From: Longimicrobiales bacterium
Lineage (GTDB): Bacteria > Gemmatimonadota > Gemmatimonadetes > Longimicrobiales > Gaopeijiaceae
Direction of reading: 5' to 3'
NCBI GenBank assembly: GCA_965202805.1
Contig: OZ241869.1
Span: 2,656,001-2,720,000, forward strand
Length of the DNA stretch: 64,000 bases
The notes below the pieces were generated by a model. The model ran no database searches. It saw only the letters and a list, made by a program, of their open reading frames with translations, and was not told the DNA's origin. Positions 48,334 to 56,919 of the stretch are shown piece by piece. Made by a program: the position numbers and the translations under genes. Within the stretch, counting starts at the first letter, position 1, and each line of letters opens with the position of its first letter.

Positions 48334-48375
48334 GGCCCGGCCGGGTGCCGGCGATGAGCCATCGCGTCGCACCGT

Positions 48376-48675
48376 TTGCGCGCGGGCCGAGGCCGTAGCG
48401 GAAACAACCCCTGCCCGGCGGGTGAACTCGAGTTCTTCTGTGTCGGCAGAGGCTCATTCGTTCGTGCACCGCGGGTCTACATCGATGAAATCTGGCAACC
48501 GGAAGGGCTCGCCGCGCTGCAGAGGTTCTCACCGTCTGAATTGTACTCGGTTGAGGTCTATTTCTCCGGCTCGGAGATTCGCGGCTATACCTACCAGTTC
48601 ATGGAGCGTACCGCGCGCAAGCCACAGGCCCTGATTCCCGTGCTCCTCTGGCGCTGGGGCCGCCGACCTCCCTGA
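48376..48675 (+). pseudogene. C-terminal fragment of a plug-like outer-membrane-associated protein
   Basis: PRVYIDE...L....PSELYSVEVY pattern; no start or RBS. Confidence 0.4.
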
Positions 48676-48803
48676 GACCTCAGATGAGTTGGTTGGAGTT
48701 AGGCCTGGTGCCGCGGACGCCAAAGCGGCCCGTTTCCAGCACGCCGCAATCTAGCTAGTTTTCTAGTCATCTTCATCGCGCCACGAGCGGAGCGCGCAGA
48801 AAC

Positions 48804-49037
48804 ATGGTCATTGTCAATGTCCACCAGGCCAAGACGCAGCTTTCACGGCTGCTGGCGCAAGTCGAGGCAGGCGAGGAAGTCGTGGTCGCCCGCCGGGGCA
48901 AACCCGTCGCGCGGCTGGTTGCCTTCGAGCCCCGCGGCGCTCGGTGTCCGGATGTCCTCAAGGGGAAGGTCACGATCCCCGACAGCTTCTTCGATCCGTT
49001 GCCGGAGGAGGAGCTGAAATCATGGGAAGGCGAGTAG
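48804..49037 (+). CDS. Phd/YefM-family antitoxin
   Basis: VNVHQAKTQLSRLL..VE.GEEVV.AR.GKPVARLV. Confidence 0.93.
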   Translation: MVIVNVHQAKTQLSRLLAQVEAGEEVVVARRGKPVARLVAFEPRGARCPDVLKGKVTIPDSFFDPLPEEELKSWEGE

Positions 49038-49044
49038 CGTCCCG

Positions 49045-49431
49045 ATGCGGGTGTTGCTGGATACCCATGCCTTCCTCTGGTGGATCGCCGACAGCGGACG
49101 CCTGTCCCTGGCGGCGCGCCAAGTGATTGCCGACGAAACGAACGACATCGTCGTCAGTGCTGCGTCCGCCTGGGAAATCACTACCAAGTACAGAATCGGC
49201 AAGCTCCCCGGCGCTGAGGCGGTGGCACTCGATGTTGCGGGCGCCATCTCAGCCCAGGGGTTCGAAAACCTTCCGATCAGCGTCGTCGACGCGGAACGCG
49301 CGGGGCGGCTGCCCGGGCCTCACCGTGACCCCTTCGACCGGATGCTTGCAGCGCAGGCTCAGGCGCGCGACCTGGCGGTCGTTTCTGCGGACACGGCATT
49401 GGACGCCTACGGGATCCGCAGGATCTGGTGA
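49045..49431 (+). CDS. vapC: VapC PIN-domain toxin
   Basis: LLDTH, S.AS.WEI..K and HRDPFDRML.AQA motifs. Confidence 0.94.
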   Translation: MRVLLDTHAFLWWIADSGRLSLAARQVIADETNDIVVSAASAWEITTKYRIGKLPGAEAVALDVAGAISAQGFENLPISVVDAERAGRLPGPHRDPFDRMLAAQAQARDLAVVSADTALDAYGIRRIW

Positions 49432-49670
49432 CCTCGCCTCAGCCCGCACCCCTGTTCAGCACCACCGCAATCAGCGCCCCGGCCGCCCCGTTGTTCACAA
49501 TCCCGATCAGGGTGTGCCCGCCGACCGTCGCGAGCGTCTGCACGTCGGCCATGGTGGCGTAGCCCATCAGCGCCATGCCCGGACTCAGCAGGGCCCCGAA
49601 CACGGCGCCCGCCTGGAAACCCGCCCCCGTTGCCAGCAGGAAGCTTCTGGTCACGCTGTCGGGTCCCCGG

Positions 49671-51149
49671 TCACGCGATGATGTCGTGAATCACCTCGCC
49701 CGCCACATCCGTCAGCCGGAAATCACGACCGCTGTAGTTGTAGGTGAGCTTCTCGTGGTCGATGCCCATCAGGTAGAGGATGGTCGCGTGCAGGTCGTGG
49801 ATGTGGACCGGGTTTTCCACGGCCTTGAAGCCGAAGTCGTCGGTGGCACCGTAGGTCATGCCGCCCCTGATGCCGCCGCCGGCCAGCCAGATGCTGAAGC
49901 CGAACGGGTTGTGGTCGCGGCCGTTGACCACGCGGCCGCCGGCGCCCCCACCCCCCGTCTCGAGCACGGGCGTGCGTCCGAACTCGGTGCCGCACACCAC
50001 CAGGGTGTCGTCGAAGAGGCCCCGTGACTTGAGGTCCTTGATCACCGCCGCGAAGGGCTGGTCGGAGTCCTTCGCGTTCTTGCGGTGCTGGAAGATGTCG
50101 GTGTGGGCATCCCAGGGATCGCCCTTCGCGTAGTAGACCTGCACGATGCGCACGCCGCGCTCGATCAGCCGCACCGCCATCAGGCAGCCGCGCGCGGTGC
50201 TTCCCGGGCCGTACAACTTCTGGGTCGCCTCGCTCTCGCCGCGGATGTCGAACACGTCCGGGGCCTCGGTCTGCATGCGGTAGGCGGTCTCCATCACCTG
50301 GATGGCGCCCTCGATCTGCGGATCCTCCTCCTCCAGGCGCTGCATGTGCAGCCGGTTCAGCCTCTCGATCAGGTCTACCTCCCGGCGCTGGCCATCGCCA
50401 TTCATCTCCTCGCCACGGATGTTGGGGATCAGGCGCTCGGGGTCGAAGTCGTCCTCGATCCTCGGCACCTTGTCGGAGATGTAGGTGCCCTGGTGGATGG
50501 GCGGCAGGAAGGCGTTGCTCCACAGCGGCGGGCCCACCACGGTGGGCTGGTCGGGGCAGAGCACCACGAATCCGGGCAGGTTCCGGTTCTCGGTGCCGAG
50601 CCCGTAGGTGAGCCACGAGCCCAGCGAGGGCCGGCCCGGCTGGATGTGCCCCGTGTTCATCATGAGCAGCGACGGCTCGTGATTCGGGATCTCGGTGTGC
50701 ATCGAGCGGATCACGCAGATGTCGTCCGCGCACTCGCCCACGTGCGGGAAGAGTTCGCTGACCTCGATCCCCGACTGCCCGTAGCGCTTGAAGCTGAAGG
50801 GCGACTTCATGAGAGCGCCGGTGCGCCGCTCGGTCTTGATCTCGCCGCTCGGCAGGGGCTGCCCGTGGTACTTCTCGAGCATCGGCTTGGGATCGAAGGT
50901 GTCGACCTGCGAGACGCCCCCGTTCATGAACAGGAAGATGACGTTCTTCGCGCGCGGCTCGAAATCAGGCCTGGGCAGCGGCGTGCCCATCGACGAAACG
51001 AGCCCGTTGGAAGCCTCGAGCATCGACGTCCCCACGAGGCTGGCGAACGCCATCATGCCAAAGCCCGCGCCCATGGTCTTCAGGGCCTCGCGCCGCGTGC
51101 GCGGCTCCCCGTGGATCATGCCGCAGCCGTGATGATCGTGATCAGACAT
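49671..51149 (-). CDS. DUF1501 domain protein (Tat signal)
   Basis: TRREAL; AKNVIFLFM.GG.SQVDTFDPKP, WDAH, EFGRTP, GRDHNP. Confidence 0.93.
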   Translation of the reverse strand: MSDHDHHGCGMIHGEPRTRREALKTMGAGFGMMAFASLVGTSMLEASNGLVSSMGTPLPRPDFEPRAKNVIFLFMNGGVSQVDTFDPKPMLEKYHGQPLPSGEIKTERRTGALMKSPFSFKRYGQSGIEVSELFPHVGECADDICVIRSMHTEIPNHEPSLLMMNTGHIQPGRPSLGSWLTYGLGTENRNLPGFVVLCPDQPTVVGPPLWSNAFLPPIHQGTYISDKVPRIEDDFDPERLIPNIRGEEMNGDGQRREVDLIERLNRLHMQRLEEEDPQIEGAIQVMETAYRMQTEAPDVFDIRGESEATQKLYGPGSTARGCLMAVRLIERGVRIVQVYYAKGDPWDAHTDIFQHRKNAKDSDQPFAAVIKDLKSRGLFDDTLVVCGTEFGRTPVLETGGGGAGGRVVNGRDHNPFGFSIWLAGGGIRGGMTYGATDDFGFKAVENPVHIHDLHATILYLMGIDHEKLTYNYSGRDFRLTDVAGEVIHDIIA

Positions 51150-51170
51150 CAGTCCACAAAACCTGCCATC

Positions 51171-54100
51171 TCAGTCCACAAACCTGAATTCCGCGACGCT
51201 GAACAGCGCTCGCGCGTACTGGACCCATGCCTGCATGGAGGCGCGGTGCTCCGGGGTGTCGGGCTCGAGGTCTTCCGCGGCCTCATCATCCTCCGCAGCC
51301 CCCGCATCCTCCTCCGATGCGTCCGCCCCGGCTTCGTCACTCGACTCATCTTCGAGCTTCGCAAGCTCTTCCGCCAGGAACGCGGCGCGGCGCTCTTCGA
51401 TGAACTCGAGGCCGGCGGCGATCTCGGGCTCGCTGACATCCCGCGAATAAAGCAGCGGATATGCGGCTTCGATCATCTCCCGGTCTCGGAAGACAGGGCT
51501 GTCCAGTTCATCTGCACTGTTATCGGCGTGCATTTGGGTACCTGACGGCGTCTCTCCGTTGGTCTCGGACGCGTGCCCCGGCTCGCCGTTGCCGTTCCCG
51601 TTGCTGCCATTGCCCGAACGCCCGCTCACTTCCTCTCCATCCTCCGCAACCAGCCCGGCGTCAGCCGTCTCATCCAGCAGCCGCTTCACGAACAGCTCCG
51701 CCTGCCTCCGCACGAAGGGGCTGTTCATGAAGTAGAGGCTCTGGCCGGGCACGTTGGTGGTGTAGCGGCGCTCCGCGGACAGGCTCGGGTTCGGGAAGTC
51801 GAAGGTCTGCAGGAACTCGTCGACCTGGAAGCGGCTCACCTCGCCGTAGATGGTGCGGCGGTTGTTCTCCTCGTCGCGCAGGCTCTTCGAAGGCCCGCCC
51901 ACGGTGGCGTCCAGGTCCCCGGACACCTGCAGGATCGCGTCGCGGATGCTCTCGGCGTCGAGCCGGCGCCGGTCCGCGCGCCAGTAGTAGCGGTTGGCTC
52001 CGTCGATGGCCTCGTTGCCGGCGTGCCGCCCGCTGGCCAGCTGATACGTCGCCGACAGCATGATGTCGCGGTGCAGCTGCTTGACCGACATCCCGCCCTC
52101 GACGAAGCGCGAAGCCAGGTACTCGAGCAGCTCGGGGTTCGTGGGCCGCTCGCCCATCATCCCGAAGTTGCTGGGGGTGTCGACGATGCCCGTGCCCATG
52201 TGCCAGCGCCAGACGCGGTTCACGATGACGCGCGCGGTGATCGGGTGCCCGGCGATGGCCTCCGCGAGCTCCAGCCGGCCGCTCCCCCCGGCGTACGGCT
52301 CGGCGCCCTCCTCGTCGAGGACGGTCAGAAAGCCGCGCGGCACCGCTTCGCCGAGGTTCGTGGGGCTGCCGCGGATGTGCAGGGCGATGTCCGTCAGATC
52401 CTCGGGCTCCTTGTCGGCTACGCCCATCGCGAAGGGCAGGTCCGGGAGCTCCTCCTCCAGCTCCTCGATGCGTTCGCGCATGGCCGAGATATGGTCCATC
52501 GCCACGCGCCCGAGCTGCCGCTCCAGCCCCCATCCGCGGAACCGGAACAGGCCCGGCGCCGGGAAGAAGGTGTCCAGCTGGTTGTCGAGGTCGCTGCGGA
52601 AGATGTCCGAGTAGAGGTTGAAGCGCTCCCGCTCCATGGTCTCGAGCTCGAGCTGGTGCTGGTCGAAGAAGCTCTCGAAGCCGTTGGGCATCGGCGTTGA
52701 CTTCACTTCCTCGAGCGGCGTGCCCTTCGCGATGATGCGCTGGTTGCGCTCCTCCAGCTTCTCCTGCTCCGCGGCCACCTCGAGCACCAGGCGCTGGAAG
52801 GCGTCGGCCAGCTCCCGGGCCTCGTCCTCCTCGGCGTCGCCGCGCGCGATCATCTCCTGCCAGTCGATCAGGAACGGATAGTGCTTCGGCTCCTTGCCCA
52901 GGAAGCGGATCCAGCGCTGCAGCGTTTCGAGGTCGACCTTGGCCTGCGAGGCGGCCTGCTCGGGCGGAAGCTGCGGCCTGCCGGTCACCTGCCACGCGGC
53001 CATCATGTAGCGCGACACCTGGAGCGAGAGCACGCGCGTCAACTGGTCGCCCTCGGTGCTCAGGTACTCGTTGAGACTCTTCTTCAGGCCGTCGATGAAC
53101 TCCTTTTCCTTCTCGTAGGCCTCGGCTTCGTCCTCTTCCGCAATCGGATATTCGTGATAGTCGGCGTTGTTGAAGATGCCGGCGAGGGCATAGTAGTCGT
53201 GCGTGCCGATGGGATCGTACTTGTGGTCGTGGCAGCGGGCGCAGCCCACGGTGAGGCCCAGGAACCCGCGCGTCGTGACGTCGACGCGGTCGTGGCGCTC
53301 GTCGGCGCGCGCCACCGGCGGATCGGCGATGTCGTAGTACCAGGGACCGCCCCCGAGAAAGCCCAGCGCGGGGATGGCGCGCTCGCGTTCGGCCTCCTCC
53401 AGCAGGTCGCCCGCGATCTGCGCCTTGACGAAGAGGTCGTAGGGCATGTCGCGGTTGAAGGCCTCGACCACCCAGTCGCGCTGGATGTAGGCGTTGGGGT
53501 AGCGCTCGCGTCCCGAACCGCCCGGCGCCAGCCCGCGGGTGTCGTCCTCGCCGAAGCGGGCCACGTCCAGCCAGTGCCGGCCCCAGCGCTCGCCGTAGTG
53601 GGGGGAGGCCAGCAGCCGCTCGACGACCTTCCCGAAGGCGTCCGGCGACGTGTCGCTGACGAAGGCGTCGACCTCCTCCGGGGTCGGGGGCAGGCCGGTC
53701 AGGTCGAAGGTGGCGCGCCGGATGAGCTGGCGGCGGTCGGCGGCCCGCAACGGCTCGAGCCCCTGCTCCTCGATCTTCGCGAGCACGAAGCGGTCGATGT
53801 CGTTCTGCGCCCAGTCGGCGTTCGCGGGCGCGGGGATGGCGGGATCGGCCAGCGGCCGGAACGACCAGAAGTCACGCTCGGCGGCGGTTACTCCGCGCCG
53901 GGGGATCGCGAGCGGCGCGGTGATCTCGGCCCACTCCGCCCCAGCCTGGATCCACTCGATGAACCCCTCGATTTCGGTGTCGGGGAGCTGATCCGCGTTG
54001 CGCGGCATCTGCAGGTCATCGTCCACATGCCGGAGCGCGGCGATGATGAGGCTCTCTTCCGCGTTCCCCGGGATGATCGCGGGGCCGCGGCTGCCTCCCT

Positions 54101-54692
54101 GGAGCATCCGCTCGCGGGAATCGAGCCGGAGACCGCTCCGTTCGTCGTCGGTGTGGCACGAGAAGCAACTGCGCTCAAGGACCGGCCGCACCTTGTCGAC
54201 GAAGACCCGAGCGCCGGGCGAGAGTCCCTCGTCGGCGAGGGCGAGGACGGCCCCCGCGGCTCCTCCCGCCCCTGCCGCCCCTGCCGCGCCTTCAGCCACC
54301 ACCGGCCAGGGCGCGTCCATGCGAATCCACTCGATCAGCCCCTCGATCTGCTGCGGCGTGAGCGGATCTTCGTCGCGAGGCATCTCCTGCCCCTCGATCT
54401 CGTGGCGCACCGTCCGGATCAGCAGACTCCCGGAGGGATCCCCGGGGATGATCGCGGGCCCGGAGTCGCCGCCTCGCAGCATCGCCTCGCGCGAGTTGAG
54501 GCGAAGATTCCCGCGGCGCAGTCGCCCGTGGCAGTCCATGCAGCTCTCGGCCAGCACCGGACGCACCCGGGTTTCGAAGAACTCTTCGGGCGATTGCGCG
54601 GAGGCGGTCCCGGGGAGCAGCAGCGCGACCAGCCCGGCGAACAGCAACGCGCCGAAGAACATGGGAAAGGCGAGGCTGAAGACTGGCCTCAT
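51171..54692 (-). CDS. Planctomycete-type cytochrome c / DUF1549 / DUF1553 protein
   Basis: CMDCH, CFSCH, CARCHDHK; DLTGLPPT, YGERWGRHWLD, RRLDAESIRD. Confidence 0.92.
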   Translation of the reverse strand: MRPVFSLAFPMFFGALLFAGLVALLLPGTASAQSPEEFFETRVRPVLAESCMDCHGRLRRGNLRLNSREAMLRGGDSGPAIIPGDPSGSLLIRTVRHEIEGQEMPRDEDPLTPQQIEGLIEWIRMDAPWPVVAEGAAGAAGAGGAAGAVLALADEGLSPGARVFVDKVRPVLERSCFSCHTDDERSGLRLDSRERMLQGGSRGPAIIPGNAEESLIIAALRHVDDDLQMPRNADQLPDTEIEGFIEWIQAGAEWAEITAPLAIPRRGVTAAERDFWSFRPLADPAIPAPANADWAQNDIDRFVLAKIEEQGLEPLRAADRRQLIRRATFDLTGLPPTPEEVDAFVSDTSPDAFGKVVERLLASPHYGERWGRHWLDVARFGEDDTRGLAPGGSGRERYPNAYIQRDWVVEAFNRDMPYDLFVKAQIAGDLLEEAERERAIPALGFLGGGPWYYDIADPPVARADERHDRVDVTTRGFLGLTVGCARCHDHKYDPIGTHDYYALAGIFNNADYHEYPIAEEDEAEAYEKEKEFIDGLKKSLNEYLSTEGDQLTRVLSLQVSRYMMAAWQVTGRPQLPPEQAASQAKVDLETLQRWIRFLGKEPKHYPFLIDWQEMIARGDAEEDEARELADAFQRLVLEVAAEQEKLEERNQRIIAKGTPLEEVKSTPMPNGFESFFDQHQLELETMERERFNLYSDIFRSDLDNQLDTFFPAPGLFRFRGWGLERQLGRVAMDHISAMRERIEELEEELPDLPFAMGVADKEPEDLTDIALHIRGSPTNLGEAVPRGFLTVLDEEGAEPYAGGSGRLELAEAIAGHPITARVIVNRVWRWHMGTGIVDTPSNFGMMGERPTNPELLEYLASRFVEGGMSVKQLHRDIMLSATYQLASGRHAGNEAIDGANRYYWRADRRRLDAESIRDAILQVSGDLDATVGGPSKSLRDEENNRRTIYGEVSRFQVDEFLQTFDFPNPSLSAERRYTTNVPGQSLYFMNSPFVRRQAELFVKRLLDETADAGLVAEDGEEVSGRSGNGSNGNGNGEPGHASETNGETPSGTQMHADNSADELDSPVFRDREMIEAAYPLLYSRDVSEPEIAAGLEFIEERRAAFLAEELAKLEDESSDEAGADASEEDAGAAEDDEAAEDLEPDTPEHRASMQAWVQYARALFSVAEFRFVD

Positions 54693-54838
54693 CGCGCGGA
54701 CTCCCTCGACCGCTGACACGTGCCTGACGAAACGGGATACCAGTCTGTCATTATGCGACGGGGCTTCCCCGGACGCAACGCGCATGCGCCTGGTGCGCGC
54801 GCGACCGGCTCCGGGTCGATCCGGGATGCCGGCCGGCA

Positions 54839-56485
54839 TCAGCATTCAACCGACTCCTCCAGGGCTTCCCGGAACGCGGCTTCGATCTCCCATGGGATAT
54901 CCGAATCGCGGTAGAGCGCGGCCCCGTTGGAGAGCACAAAACCATCGCCTTCCGCCGGGGCGCCGGGATGCGCCGATGGGACCGGAGGCAGGTCCTGCGG
55001 TACTCGCTGGCCCGATGCCTCCCGCGACCGTCGTTGACCCGGTGCCTGGACCGACCGTCGCTGGCCCGGCGCTTCGTCCGGTACCCGCTGGCCCGTTGCC
55101 TCCCGCGACACTCGCTGCCTCCGCGCGTTTCCCAACTTTGGCCTGCTCGGCGCATCGACCAGCATCCTCCCCTTCGGCGTGACGAAGAGCACGGTCCCGT
55201 CGCTGGCCACGGACACTTTCACGCGACCCTCGTGAACCGCGCGATGATGCCGCCGACAGAGCAACACCGTGTTCCTCAGGCTCGTCTCGCCCCCGTCGGC
55301 CCAGTGCTTCACGTGATGCGCCTCGGTGAACCGGCAGCCGCACCCCGGAAAGCGACATCCCCGGTCCCGCTCCTCCAGCGCCCGCCGGATGTGCGGCGGA
55401 ATGGTCCGGGTTCGCCGGCCCACGTTCAGCACCGACCCGTCCTCGGCGTGGACCATCGCGACCACCGCAGCATCGCATGCCATGCGCCGCGACGTTTCCG
55501 CGGAGACGCGGATCCCGTCCAGATCCGAGCGTCCCGGCTCGCCCTCGGCCGCGAGCGTCGCGGCGTCGCAGTGGACCATCACCTGGTAGCGCTCCGCGCG
55601 CGTGCCGGACTCGACGCGGGGTCGGGCCCGGGGTTCACGGCACTCACCACCCCCGAACCCGGCCGCCAGCGCCCGCTCCGCCAGTAACCCCACCGCATCC
55701 GCCCGGCGCTGCTTCGGCTTGGGACGCGCGTTGCCGGCATCGTTCCCTCGGCTACCCGCACCCGCTCGGCCCTCGTCACCACCCGCACGCGCACCGCCCG
55801 CACCGCCCTCGCGACCACCAGCGCCCCCGTCGCCCTCGCGCCGGAACAGCGCATCAGACGCCGCCTCCACCGCCCGCATCAGCACCGCTCCGACCTCGGG
55901 CTCGAGCCGGCCCTTCACCACGTACATGCCGTCGCCGTCCACGAACACGGAAAACGTCCGGCTGCGGCGCCGGGCCTGCTCTGCGGTCAGCTCCTCGTTG
56001 CGGGACAGCTTCGTCCACATGCGCAGCGTCCGCTCCAGCTTCGCCGCCGAGCTGGCGCGCGCGAACTTGAGCAGCTCCCCCTCTTGCTCGGGCGTCGCCA
56101 CGCGCGTGAGCGCCCGCACCTTGGTGTATGAGATGGTGCCGCTCGCCAGGGCATCCGCCGTCTGCGGCAGGTTCTCGAGCGCGCGGGCCGCGCGGACGCG
56201 TTCGCGGGCCGGGCCGAGCTTCATGCCGAGCCGCCACGCGAGCCACTCGGCGCAGGAAGAGTAGCCGCCGTCCTTCCACCCGCCCCGGCGGTCGAAGTCA
56301 GCGATCAGGGTCATCATCCGGGCTTCGGCGGCGTTGATGCGTTCGGCAAGCGCCGCGATGCGTTCGCCGAGCCGGTAGAGTTCATCGTCGTTCTCGTCGG
56401 AAGAGGGCGCTTCGCGCGTGGCGCAGCCCTGGTCTGAAGATGCGATCGAGTCTCCAGATGCGATCAAGTTTCGAGATGCAATCAT
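54839..56485 (-). CDS. DUF222 + HNH endonuclease (13E12-repeat-like)
   Basis: RRMACDA, RDRGCRFPGC..AHHVKHWADGGET.L.N.VLLCRRHH..VH. Confidence 0.9.
   Translation of the reverse strand: MIASRNLIASGDSIASSDQGCATREAPSSDENDDELYRLGERIAALAERINAAEARMMTLIADFDRRGGWKDGGYSSCAEWLAWRLGMKLGPARERVRAARALENLPQTADALASGTISYTKVRALTRVATPEQEGELLKFARASSAAKLERTLRMWTKLSRNEELTAEQARRRSRTFSVFVDGDGMYVVKGRLEPEVGAVLMRAVEAASDALFRREGDGGAGGREGGAGGARAGGDEGRAGAGSRGNDAGNARPKPKQRRADAVGLLAERALAAGFGGGECREPRARPRVESGTRAERYQVMVHCDAATLAAEGEPGRSDLDGIRVSAETSRRMACDAAVVAMVHAEDGSVLNVGRRTRTIPPHIRRALEERDRGCRFPGCGCRFTEAHHVKHWADGGETSLRNTVLLCRRHHRAVHEGRVKVSVASDGTVLFVTPKGRMLVDAPSRPKLGNARRQRVSREATGQRVPDEAPGQRRSVQAPGQRRSREASGQRVPQDLPPVPSAHPGAPAEGDGFVLSNGAALYRDSDIPWEIEAAFREALEESVEC
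54995..55125 (-). repeat. 27-bp (9-aa) tandem repeats in the HNH protein tail
   Basis: ATGQRVPDE/APGQRRSVQ/APGQRRSRE/ASGQRVPQD. Confidence 0.8.
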
Positions 56486-56704
56486 CGGTTGTTCCCGAAT
56501 ATCTAGGTTATTGTTGATGACTTACGTACAAATATAACGGCACTGAAATCGACCGCTCAGGATGCCCTGTAGCGGCCGAGGCGGGGTTGGGAGACCATCG
56601 GAGGAGGAAGCGGCCCACGAACGCTCTCAGAGGGCCGGTCAGCGCCCCTGGCGGACTATGGAACGCGGGATATCGGATCCTGCCGAAGAGCGGGTTCGAA
56701 ACCC

Positions 56705-56904
56705 GTCAATGGCAAATCGGGACGCCCGCATGTGAATTCGGGCGCCTTGGTTCCTGCCCGCAGCGAGCCGGGCGCTGAGGATCCTGTCAATGGCAAATCG
56801 GGACGCCCGCATGCGAATTCGGGCACCTGGACTCCCGCCCGCAGGAAACCGTGCGCCGGCGTCCTGTCAATGGCAAATCGGGACGCCCGCATGTGAATTC
56901 GGGC
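56705..56904. repeat. Three 39-bp direct repeats with 42/41-bp linkers
   Basis: GTCAATGGCAAATCGGGACGCCCGCATGYGAATTCGGGC at 56705, 56786 and 56866. Confidence 0.93.
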
Positions 56905-56919
56905 CGGCTTGTGTCCCCC

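Noticed and set aside
49439..49654. Small hydrophobic ORF
   Set aside because: Looks like a C-terminal membrane-protein fragment without a credible start
56705..56904. CRISPR array
   Set aside because: Only three repeats, the linkers are similar to each other (about 69%), and there are no cas genes in the window; kept as a repeat finding
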